Below are positions 31,816 through 44,000 of a DNA stretch of 64,000 bases, piece by piece. The stretch is from Tubulanus polymorphus. Its lineage: Eukaryota > Animalia > Nemertea. Positions within the stretch are counted from its first letter, which is position 1, and each line of letters starts with the position of its first letter. The DNA lies in the NCBI RefSeq assembly GCF_964204645.1, contig NC_134026.1, forward strand, positions 24,896,150 through 24,960,149. The letters are read 5' to 3'. The notes below the pieces were generated by a model. The model was given only the letters and a program-made list of their open reading frames with translations, had not been told where the DNA came from and ran no database searches. The translations under genes and the position numbers were made by a program.

Positions 31816-34024
31816 CTAGAAAAAATCGGTGTCTGAATCTAGTTCCTGAAGCGGTTGATTCACCACCCTGAATAAATCATTGCTGGTAGTCAATGGTTCG
31901 TCCAATCCGATCCTAGGATCTATTTGTGCACGCTCTATTCCTGTACCATCCATAGCGTCGATTTCTTTCGTTTTTTCACCAAGGAATTTGACATTGTCTG
32001 TACAAATTTCAATTGAGATAGGGTCATCGCCGGTGGCATCAAATCTGCATTTCGGATGTTTTTCGATATAGTCGTTGCGACGTTGGGAGTGTCGAAATAC
32101 TAGCCTGGCCTTCCACTTTCGCGATCTACAAGCGCATATCAACAGTCCTATCATCACGACGGTCAATATAACTCCAACTGTAACTCCTGACAACACTCGT
32201 ATCAACACTGAAAAGAGAATAGTCGATTTATTCATAATTCAAGTCCAATTCTCGATAGAATTTGGCACTTTTTGAAACTCACCGGCCTTCTTGTCATTCC
32301 CGCAATTTTCCTCGACAGCAGGACAATCGTTTCTCTGATCACAGACTCGCTCTTTTAAGATGCAAACATTCTTCCCCGCATTGCAAAGTGTGTAAGCAGG
32401 GGGGCAACTGACGTTGCTGACAAGTATCGGTGGTAAATCTGTCCGGACGAACTTAGCATTCTCACATTGTGTATTACATGGCAGCTTATCCTCACTGAGA
32501 CCTGGACAGGATGCTCCTCCATATTTTTGCGTTGGTTGAGAACATTCTCTTGTGCGTACGGTTGTCCCCGCTCCACATGACGCCGAACACGATGAAAAAT
32601 TCGACCAATTTCCCCAAACACCATTCACTGCGAATTGATAATAAGACATATTTATAATTTCACATATTGTATCATCTTACTTCTGATCGATGGTTATAAA
32701 CATATATATATATTTCGTGTACCTGGGCATTTTGTTTGCTTATAACATTGTGTCACGAACTTATCAGATCCATTACAAGGGCGGCCACCACTGGCAGGTC
32801 CCGGTTGGTTGCATAGTCTCTGTTTGATCTGGACTCCTTTGCCACAAGTTACTGCACACGCCGTATATTCACTCCACGGTCCCCAGTTGCCGTCAACTTA
32901 AGCACGAAATATTGGGAAATTGATACGACTGATACCCTGTTCTGATCGACTTTAGATGTGTTTTGAAGAACCTCAAATTTACCTGGACAAAGTTGAGCAT
33001 TACATTCAGATATTTCCGTCGGCTCACCATCGCAGCCATTGCCACCGTTTATTGGCGGTGGATTGTTACAGAGTCTCGAACGACTTCTTATTCCTCCTCC
33101 ACAAGTTAAAGGACACTCCGTGTAATTCGACCAGTTACTCCACGCTCCATTTACTTCAAGTAGTAGATTTGACTTTTATCAGGACATACAAAACGATAAC
33201 TATGGATCCGATACTTTAAGGTATCGTTATAACAACACAGAATAAGTAGAAATATCGTACTTTTTATATAGACGGCTCCCTTTCTCTGCGGCTGCGCGAT
33301 CCAAAAATTACAGATAAATGTTACTAATTCTCCATCGCATTCAACCTGTACCTATAATATATTGTTGGAATGAAATAAACTCGGCCCGGAAAGCTATATA
33401 TGGTCGGTTTTCTGTTGGAACTTCATACCTTAGATACCTGCCAGCTAGAATCCGTTCCATTATCATCATTGCCAATATTCAAACCGTAGAAATAGAAACC
33501 AAGATTATGGTTATCTTCGAGTTGAAGGTCGAATGTATCCACACTTATGAACAAATATTATAGAGACGAAAGATTAATAATTGATCTTACTAATATCTTA
33601 TTGATCATAATTCAAAGTCAAAATGGTTAGCTCATATATAGTTAGATTTGTAGTAATACCTATTTTTTTGAAACTGTCCGGGATTCCTCTGAAGATAAAA
33701 CCTGGGAGTCATACCAGCATTGCTCTCTAATTGAACCCAAACGTTAGCGTCGGTGCCCGCTTCATCGTCGGGGCCGGTGAAAATCTTCACAGTAACTAAA
33801 CAGAAATGGGATCTTAAAATGTGGATAGAAAATCCCAGAAATGAGAAATATGCTTAGCTTTTAAACCAGTTTTTCTAGCTGGTTAGGTTCACAAGTAGTT
33901 AAATCATGACTTCTATCTGGACCCAGATGTTACAGTGCATACCTTCTTTAGCGTGCGAAGACGCGGCTACGATCATCAGAACAACATAAACTGTTTTCCA
34001 TTTTGCAAAAATATCATTCCTCAT
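31816..34024 (-). CDS. Type-I membrane protein: signal peptide, PLAT/LH2, 3x TSP1, LDLa, TM, acidic cytoplasmic tail; ~8 exons
   Basis: Exon 1 MRNDIFAKWKTVYVVLMIVAASSHAKE. PLAT motif VKIFTGPDDEAGTDANVWVQL..VDTFDL..SSWQVSKVQV..FICNFWI. Three TSP1 exons (WSNWS, WGPWS, WGNWS). LDLa CNAGKNVCILKERVCDQRNDC. TM VTVGVILTVVMIGLLICAC. Confidence 0.85.
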
Positions 34025-36002
34025 TTTGCTCTTCGAAATAGTTACTTCCATACCGTATCGTTAAAAGTTACTAATAGTTCAGTTTACTGGTATTTATATA
34101 GGCGTGATCGTTGTTGATGTACTTTAAAACCAGTCACACGCTCATTACGTAATTTACTTCCGAAAAAGTACACATTATACGTAACAATATTGTGGAGTTT
34201 CGAGCTCAAAACGCTGTTGATTGTACTTTTGTTATTGTTCAAAGCTGTATACATTTTACTTTCATAAGCCATTATTAAATGGTGTAAATTTGTTTTGGTA
34301 AATTCTTATTGAGGACTCCGCCATCTCAACGCGATTAAATCTGGATGTATTTTTTTCATTTTCATTCTAAGTGATAATTTGGCTGTTGGCGAAATATCAG
34401 AAATGGCCACACAACGTCGAAACCTATGATTACTGATATTTTGTTGAAAAAGTCATAACTAATGATTTTGCAAACCCATTGCGGTGCACCTCAGATTAAC
34501 GCGCATGAATAATGAATAGCAATTTAGTTTAATCGTAACTACGCGACAACACAACCAAAAGTAATGAAAAGTCAAATTTATCATTAAGTAAATGAAAGCT
34601 GCTCGAGTATCGCGTAACTTAAATGAATCATTTAGCAAAGTTTACAGAATGGACGCTGTCTCAGTGCGGTTTTTACGACAATGGTTGTAATGGTTGTATC
34701 GGTTGAGTGAAATTTGATCAATTCGTCTGCATGCTGTATAATCGCTGTGTACGCGGTGGTAACTTTTTTTTATCTAGCTACAATAAACCCGTAATGGAAT
34801 TAGATCGGATTTCTCGCCTTAATTCTCGCGATCAAGGCGAAATGACACCAGCGGTGTCGTTATTAGCCAGCAAAACCTGCATTCCATTAAAACTGTCCAT
34901 GTGCGTACATATAGTGACCGAAACAAACTTTACTTGTAAATCATATAATTCTCTATTTAAATGAGAAGTTACACAAGAAAACAATTATATCTTAAAATAA
35001 ATTCAAAATAAACTCATTATCGCTGCTTGGAATTTCTAGTGACTAGATTTTACAAGGAACCAACCAATATTTTATTTGACGCAGGAAGAGCTGGTGCCTT
35101 CATTCTGAACGCTTGATGCAGACGGCGACAGCATTGAAATATATAATACATTCGGAGCAGTTAACGTGGTTGAATCGGTTGAATCATGAAATAAACATTT
35201 TTTGTTTTTATTTTGTTGTATCGTTTTGGAATGGATGGAACGAGCGATTCTAAGGTGGAAATAGCGAGCGAGTAAAAACTCGTCCATTTGAAACGTAAAC
35301 TTGTAAATCTTGTCCGATCATCCCACGTATTTCACCATATATGGTGTTATATACCAACCTCCATCAACCGTGGTTTTTTAAAGTTAGATTTCTCGATCGA
35401 GACTCGTGTCATGTCAATGCACGGGAGGGATTAAATCCGATTTAACACGAGAGGATATGATTTTGTATCAAGATTATTTTCAGTCGAAAGATATTCTAAA
35501 GATTGCAACGAGCGTCATCGGGTAGTACGTATCTGGCTGGTGTAATTTTTTCTCTGCTTCGTCGCCGCCGATGTTCATTCATCTTACTCGTCGTAAGCTC
35601 GTCGAACACACGTGGTGACCTTCGATATGGTTAACCACTGAATTCACCGTTATTTGATAACACAAATATTTCAGATTGAATTTTTCGGGCCACTGGTTTA
35701 TCATAGATATTCCGAATAAAGTGTATCCCGATTGAATGATCCAGTATGTGATAGTGAACAACGGTCTATAATTAGTCACCACAAGGAACTGATAGTGTTG
35801 ATGCCGCTTGGTGTGGATCCAAAACATGTATATACTTGAGGATACTTTTCGTCAATTTCTAATATTTCATAAAAATATCATCTTTGTATAGAAAATACGT
35901 ATTCCGTTGATATGCGCATTTTGAATCACGACAAAATTTTATTTGAAAAATATCCGGATTAAGGTATCATGAAAGCACCTATCTGTAGATGCGAATGCCG
36001 TC

Positions 36003-36193
36003 TACAACAATTCTGGTGATAGACGGACTTCGTAGTCCCGGTCACCACCGTGTCTGCCGTCTGGCTCTGTTATCACGCCTTTTCGATCGATACTCAAACT
36101 TCGTTTTCCTGCAAAATAATTGAAATTTTTGGAGATCACCTGCGCCCGCTCGGAAATTCTGACGAAAATTCTTTCATGGGAAGATGTGTTAGT
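36003..36193 (-). CDS. Possible terminal exon of a small amidated-peptide precursor
   Basis: Open frame ..SKNFNYFAGKRSLSIDRKGVITEPDGRHGGDRDYEVRLSPELL*, with a good acceptor (ttattttgcag) at the GKR. Upstream exons are unresolved. Confidence 0.25.
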
Positions 36194-37035
36194 TCATCTT
36201 TGAACACATATCGCAATATATACACGTATGTCTGGCATAAGCTCTGAACACAAGTCTTATCAATTGGATATACAAACGTGTGTATATGTGTCTCGACCAT
36301 AAGATATAAGAAGAGAAATTATGGATAACGTGTTTACATTCATTCACAAGCAAAGTTTCATTTTTGTGCTCTCCTTGCGAGAGCAAACCGTAACAACTCA
36401 AACACTTCTTCACACACACAAAGAATCGTTAATCCGGAGCAAGCCGCCCAATTATAGTGTAGAACGACGGGAAAACTAAACTAGGGTATTCTTCAATTGG
36501 AGGGAAATTCCCGACAACATGTTTGCACGAAATCTATTAAGTAGTTTTTTTTATCCTTGTGGATGATATGGTGTTATCTCTTATCTGGGATATCTTACTG
36601 CTACCATGGTCAACCATACATATATATGAGGTGTTTTGTTTATCCCCGTTGGGACAATGCATTATTATCGTTCATTAGGCGAATACCGTTTATCTATCAG
36701 ATATTGATGTATTCATGAGTAGGCGAACTTTTCGAGCTCCAGTCGTAACATTTAGTTTATATCATCAATTCAATCAATTTTAATCACGCGCTTGTTTCAT
36801 AGTATGAATAAAAAATCAAGAAAAATCAAAATTCATAAAAAGATATCATATTCTAGTTTCTACGTCTTAAATGTATTTTAATTTTCCATCTCAAAATTCA
36901 CAGTTAATGGTTTTATCTCTAGAATTAGGTTATGGAACTAATTATAGTTGGTTATTTGAATTGGCATCGATTTGCGAAAATAATGCTGTATATATATTTG
37001 ATACATTGCATGGATCTGCGGACGACTCTAAAAGG

Positions 37036-37794
37036 TTAAGTAGAGAGTGTAAATAGTTGATAATCACACAAGACACGTTTCCTTCAGTACAAACAAACAG
37101 AGAGAAAGAGATGCAGATTAATGGAATTATAGAGTTGGTAGCAATCAATTGTAAAGCGTCATTAAGGATAAAAGAAATGGGAAAATGGATTTAGGTTTAT
37201 AAGGAAGTTATACAATAGGTGAAGCTGATTGGAAATATATTCGATTTCGGTGTGGGTTTCAATCTGGTATTCACTGAAACTGACAGCACCACCGAATAGC
37301 GGGATTGGTGAGTATTTTACCTCAGGTTTGATTATACTTACGGATATTTGTAGGATGATGTTCTTTCCTTGGTCATATCTGCCCCTACCAATGGCATCGA
37401 CTGGTATAAGCTATTTGTTGATCTCTTCCTTCTGAAATATCCTCCTTCCACACTTCCCATGCACACTGTATAAAGTTTATATCTTTGAGCCAGTCTTTTG
37501 TAAGCCTTTGGGTCGAGATCTTTCATTATTTTTAGCACTTTTACAACAGATGCCCCTGGAAATACATGTAGGAATATTCACAAACTTATCAATATACCTA
37601 AATGGCTTGCTAAAAAACCCGATGGAAACAGTACATGAGGCCAATGGAAATTTAACGCACTACGTATATTGTAGTATAAAGCTTTCAGATAAATAACCAA
37701 AATTTTGCCTAACATTTAAATTTTGCTTGTTTTATCCTCGTCGTTATTTCAACATGGGCATTTCACAAACATCCTTACATCCTTCCATTCCCAT
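37036..37794 (-). CDS. Small candidate prohormone/secreted peptide precursor (core exon 37342-37555; 5' end uncertain)
   Basis: Acceptor tatttccag, exon ASVVKVLKIMKDLDPKAYKRLAQRYKLYTVCMGSVEGGYFRRKRSTN..YKYP, donor GTAAGT, and an in-phase last exon KRVLCDYQLFTLST* after a strong polypyrimidine acceptor. Furin-type RRKR site. Confidence 0.5.
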
Positions 37795-38208
37795 CTTTGT
37801 TACAGGAAGATTGATATCTATCAAGAAAGATTGTATTGAACAAAATGCTATAACATCCCTCTAGATGTAGATTATTCAATCTTGTACAAGTAAACAAAAG
37901 TGTGATATAGCACTTTCATTTTGATGAACCATGTCAACCTTATCAATTCTACGGAATACCTAAACTGATAACCTCACCAAATCATTCTCCAATGATTAAA
38001 TCACAATGAATCGGTTTAGGACTGGGAAGATTTTGATGTTGGCTCACAATCTTCCATTAGAATAATATGACTACTTGATACTTGGTTCATTTCTCAGCCT
38101 GTTTTGGCCATTATCACGGTCTGTCTACTGAAATTAATACTGATATATGGCCGCAGGGTTTACCTTCTTAACGTCGTGTAATGTTGATGATGAGCAGGCA
38201 ACTTTTCA

Positions 38209-38217
38209 CTTTTATAG
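38209..38217 (-). promoter_or_regulatory. TATA box candidate for the 37-38 kb gene
   Basis: CTATAAAAG on the minus strand, followed ~45 nt downstream by a donor AAG|GTAAAC at ~38162. Confidence 0.4.
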
Positions 38218-40862
38218 ATTAATCACGCCGAGCTAATGGAAATTTTGAGGTCCATGCGTGGAACGTTATAGTTTCGGTTTTTGGTCATACTAAAGATGCT
38301 GACAAAGTCAAGAATTGGTTTTTCGAAATGTTCATCTTTTGAAGTTCGTCGCTTTGGTTCTTTTAAATGAGTGAGTGCTTGAGATACAAAGCACCTGCTG
38401 ACTGAACTTGGCTTGGTTTTTTAATCCCTTCTCTTTACAATGAGATTTAGATACAGTTGTACTGTCATTCAGTACGCGATTATGATTGACTTGTTGTAGG
38501 AGTTGTATAGCAACGAATAGAAAAAATGATTTTTTGAAATATCGCATTGAAGCGAAACGAAGTTTCGATTCCAATAGATTCTGCAACTTCTCTTGAACGT
38601 TAGTCACCGATGAATTACTTCCCTGACCAAATTAAACCCAGCGAAAGAATAAAAATTGGGCTTCCCCTGTAAGTACCACTCTTGTGGTTGTGACTCCCGC
38701 TTTTTCAGATACTTTTCTTCGACTTTGAGATGAAACCGTATCAATAATCGATGCTGTTATGTTATGTATACTGCTGACAGAAAATCTGAACATTTTGATG
38801 AAACGCCTCCGCATGTTGTTACTGACTTATGGGAAAAAATATTTTCGTTGGTATGGCTTCTGATACGATTTACGTAGACTTTCTAATCTTAGAAGGTTTG
38901 TGAATGGCCACACTAATCAATCAACTAGGAGTGATGATTGATAATCAGTAAATGGAATTCATTTCTGAAAATCGTAACACCACAATGATATTGATGAGGA
39001 TTCATGATTATTCAACGGGTACTTAGGGTTTACTTCACAATTCATTTATCACGCTTCATCGAACGGAGTGATAAGGTGAAAAATATGCTAATCGTTTAAT
39101 CGCTGCCTTAAAAAAACGTCGACTTATCGATACGACCAGTTATACTAGGAAAACCTCTGATTCATTGAGTGTTCATGAATTTTTGATGGAATGAATAGAC
39201 ACACGTGTATCAAATAAACCAACAGGCATGGCACCTGCATTAAAACTTATTCGATGATATGTAAAACAGAATGAGCGCAATCAGATCACTGAATTCCGTA
39301 GATTACATCACAACCGCAGTATATTTGACCGTGGACATATAAATCTCGTTTATACATCCATGATTTGACCATCCTCGATAAAGAATTTGTCACGGCTATT
39401 TATGAAGTGAGATTCTTTGCGTGATTCAGGCCATTTAGATTTTTGGCGATGCGCGAGAGGCAAAACGCGTTTTGAAATAACGATGTTTCACGTATACGTA
39501 CGTACGTATGCACCTTCGATGTTTGACGTATTAAACTGATATTTGTGATGACGTGGAATTCTATTTACAATTCCGACTTAAAGTAAGTTTCGATCGATCA
39601 TTTTATCATTGAAGGATAATTTGGATTTTCCTCCACACCTGTTATTGGGTCAATAATTTGCCAGATATTGATAATAATAACACCAAACTATAAACGGCCT
39701 TATGAATCGAACAATGCCTACGACATTATACACGTTCCTTTTCACGCGACATTAGATGACGTTGAATTGAGTGAGCTAAAAGCTTTCTATACGAATAAAC
39801 GAATAGATACGTGCGGAAAAATCCCTCGGTTCAGGTGTCCATCATCTTGAATTGTCTTATATAAAACAGTCTACTAAACTGATGTATTTTGAAATAAAAC
39901 GAAAACAGTTCCTTTGCGTCTAAAATTCATCAAACCATTATGCAAGTTCGGGCTTATTGAAGAAAGCCGTCCAGACCACTCTAGATAATTTTTAGAGAGT
40001 GGCTGATTTGTCTAATAAGCGATGTATAGTCAGTATCGCTCAGGAATAATATTTTCATCCTAAATCCGACTCATCTGTAAGCCGATTTCCTGCCATGGCG
40101 GGCGCTCGGGGATAGAAAGAAAAAACAGAAGCTCGCAATATTACACGATCGTAGCGTTTATTATTATATCGGGTTATCTTTCCTATGGTTTCTCGGTAAT
40201 TGCAAGTCAGTTCGGGTATTTTTATCTGTCCGCACATAGCGCCCTCAAAAATGATACGGCTTACTTGTTATCTAGCGTACGAGCCGATCCAATATTAAGG
40301 TAGTATAATCCGTTAAAGAGAGCATTCGTTGGAAGATACGTGTCGTGTACCCTCATATACTACTGATAATGGTGACATGATAGAAATTAATCCAATATCG
40401 CTGAAAAGTCATCGCAAACATCAAAACGCATTCCCTCTTCAAATTAACATTCCCCCAAGGCTTTAATGAAAATGAAAACTGCTTGATCTACGATTCGACT
40501 TAGTATGACTGAACTATATGTAGAAATTGAAATATTTTTGATATGTCGAGTTTGGATCACTTTACGCTGGTTGTCTTGCGGTAATCACGCATTCGTAATG
40601 AGCATGGTTTCGTTTTCGTTCCAAGATGCATGAGCCGCAGTCTAATCCTAAGCAATTCAATCTAACATTAAAAGCTACAATAATATAGTGCTTTACACAG
40701 TTGTTGGATATTAGATTTAGCTGTTATTCATGGTAGAATTAGTTCATTTTCAATCTCAAGTTAAATGCTGTCAAGTTAAAACACTACGAAATTGGACAAT
40801 ATCCGGGTTATCTGAAGTAGTCTAACCATTGGTGAAATACTATGTTCGTATTTTGACTATAG

Positions 40863-41068
40863 ATTGGGAATCCTACACTAATGTAACGAAAAAGATGGAG
40901 TCCGAAAAGTTTCCTTTAAGCTGATAATTCACTGATTTGACGTTTCGACTATAACCTTAACAGTCATCTTTGAGAAGATAGGTCGAATCGACGAATCAAT
41001 AATTCATTAGCTTAAAGGACACTTTTCGGATTCCATCTTTCTCGTTATAATAGTGTGGGATCCTCAAT
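40863..41068. repeat. Long imperfect inverted repeat (~90 nt arms, ~25 nt loop)
   Basis: The left arm ..aaagatggagtccgaaaagtttcctttaagct.. pairs with the right arm ..agcttaaaggacacttttcggattccatcttt.. Confidence 0.85.
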
Positions 41069-44000
41069 TTGATATCAGAATAGTTTTATCAAAATAGGAA
41101 AAAATGTTCTAGTTCCTAACTTTTCGCAACAGTATTGATAGACCATATTTTCATAGAGGAATATGTGCACCACGGTTAAGACCTCCACGCCATGTCACCT
41201 CGGCGTTGTCTTATTCCTAATGACAAGCCATCTGTGTCAGCTGAATGCACCGATGGTACTCTCTGCCGAATTCAGATGCATATAAAGTTGTGGATACGAC
41301 CGGCGAAAGAGTCAAGACACCAACAGTTAATGCATGTTTGTTTTTATTATCTACCCAGCGTAAGTAATGAATTTTGTGTTTGGAAAGACACAGCTTCGGT
41401 ATGGCGGAAAAGCTTATCCCATTTGCATTTGGTCGTTTAGTTGACACACGAATGAAATTTTCATACACGGTAGCGTGTATAAAATTGGCTCGGAATGGTC
41501 AAACCTACGTGGTAAGAATGACTTTATCTCGGTACTTGGAGTACTAAATTACCAGATGTATATTATCCTATAACTGATGACCATGACCGAAGCGGCGATA
41601 TTCCCGCCTGCCTCCCACTCTTTCGGTTTCCGCATACTGATCAACAGATTTCATAACAATTCACTAACTAACTATTGCTATGTGGTAACGTCGAGAAAAC
41701 CCGTTCAATTGAAGTGCTCCACTTCTCGTCCACTTAGCAAAAATGCCATAAAACCTTGTGGTACCGACTGACCGCAAATTATATGTCCAATGTTCGCCAA
41801 ATGTTTGTTATTCATGAATGTATTCCAATTTTCGTCCATGTATATGAAATAAATGAATAGCCGAAAGTTGGATCTATTTTATGACATATTGACTAGATAT
41901 TTTCCTCGCAGAAGCTAAGTATAATTGACTAACAGGTCCTATGGGTGTCATAAAGAGAATCCAATAGTATTGTCTCAGGATTGCCGTATTTTACGAAGAA
42001 GGGAGTATGGTACCTTAATTGCGAGAGCAATATATCGTTTTGGTTGATGTCATAAAACAACTTGTTGAATAGTTGACAGTGAAAATAACTAATATTATGG
42101 TTATCAGTTATGAATATGAGATTAGATACTTTGGACCGTTTATGAATCAAATATTTATCATTAAAAAAAAAACGTTTGTGGCATCTCCATGAATACAGAT
42201 AGATGCAGTTTGCCTCGTTCATTTGTGCGAAATAAACCTTACCATGAAAGAAGTGAATGAATAATATTGAATATCTCCATCGAAGACTACCGTAATCAAA
42301 TCATATTTGGGGGGTTTATTTACTACAGCGACATTAACTCGTTCTCTGGAATGGCTTCTTTTCGTAATACAGCACATGTTCACGCTAAGCATCTTAAATG
42401 TTCAAAGTAGTTTGCTAACTGACTGGACGGTGGAACTTCTTTATTGCGTGGCATGAGATCGGCTTGTATACATTTGATTGGAAGAGACCTGCAGCGCATA
42501 AAATGTTTGTTGCGATTAAACGCAAGGGAAACCTTTTTAAACCATCTTTTGAAATAAAAAAGAGATTATTCATTGTTTAACGATGAAAAGTCAGAATGAA
42601 TTCAAATGTTTGGGATTGTCCAGTCACAAAAAATAGTTTAGAATTTCGTTGTAGACATACTGCTAATACAACGGTGAACTACGAAGTGTGCGACAAGCCA
42701 ACACCTATGTATATGTATGTAGATGGTTTCGCAATTCCATTCACAAATGCACAACTAATTTTGCCCTGCAGAGGTCCAGATGAGGTCATTTTTAACCACG
42801 CAAAATCGTCATTTACGTCGTAACGAAAGAAATGAGAAACGTTATTGTTAGCCATGGCACATAATACGTTACGGGTGTGATTCTTTTCTGAGAATAATAT
42901 ATCAGATTTAATTTTAACCGATCTCCCACCAACCGTTCCGACGCTGACTCGTTACTCGTCATCTGTCGTAATTTCCATATGCGGGGAATTATTTGGTGAG
43001 TCGTAGGATTTCAATTCACTACCCTCAACCTGTTTTGCATGCACCACTGTTTTTAATCAAAAACATCGAAGAGAATTAGATTCACGTTCTGTCAGCTTTC
43101 ATGTTTTACGCAAAACGAGATAATGTCAGCGTCACAAAATGACAACCCTGGGGGTCGAAAAATCGACTGAGAGTTTCAGGTGGTTTTAAGATCACGCATA
43201 TGACGATAACAATAATTACTGAGAACTAATTAATGTTCGAATAGAATGGAACCTCACTGCATCAACTTCGGCGTCAGCTCAAAAATGTATGCATCAATAT
43301 AAAGAATGCGTAAAACATGTCTTGCTTATGTTGTAGAACAATTTTTAAATTTTTTGACGTCAACGGTGACCTGTCACATATGATGCAATCAAAGTGGACA
43401 CGCTTTTCTCATAGAACCAAAATAGAGGAGACAGCGGGGGTATAGATACGGGTAACCCACGCAGTGTGGGAATTCTGTGGGAACAAAACGTGTGCATATA
43501 TTGTGACAAATTGCTATTTCCGCGCCGTGCGTTGCTTATCTGAAAAATATCCTGACAAATGGCGTCCAAGAGGAAACAATAGTGTGGTCAATTAGGGTAC
43601 AGTATGGTCATTGATCAAAGTTATTCCGGTCTGCAATGTGGGAAGTCCATCATTACGACTTAAGTCTTTATTTATGAAACCAAATCCATGGAGCGTTAAG
43701 TCATTCTCCATGTATCATTTCGTCCTCAAAGAAACGGGAAGGAAGTGCTAGTGATGAAATTTCGCATGGAACACTTCGTATTTTCCATGAATTATTTAGT
43801 TTAAAATCCAAAACCGAGTTCAATTTTCTTCGTAACGCAACTTTCCAGAATGATAGTAGGAAAATGAAGATAATCTGTAGGAATATGCTAACGTGAGCTA
43901 GAAATTTGTTCTGGACTTTTGCCCCATGAACTTCACCATTCCTTGTGTATTTATATCCATGTTTCATTCAAAATCTTATAGAAACGTTTAGATTTGCGCT

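Noticed and set aside
34620-35200. Possible small plus-strand gene (MNHLAKFTEWTLSQCGFYDNGCNGCI.. / ..GRAGAFILNA* with AATAAA)
   Set aside because: No convincing exon chain, signal peptide or homology.
41860-41912. TGACTAGAT (miR-279-family seed-like) in a weak hairpin; also at ~35040
   Set aside because: Pairing is too poor for a pre-miRNA, and the 3' half does not match known mature sequences.
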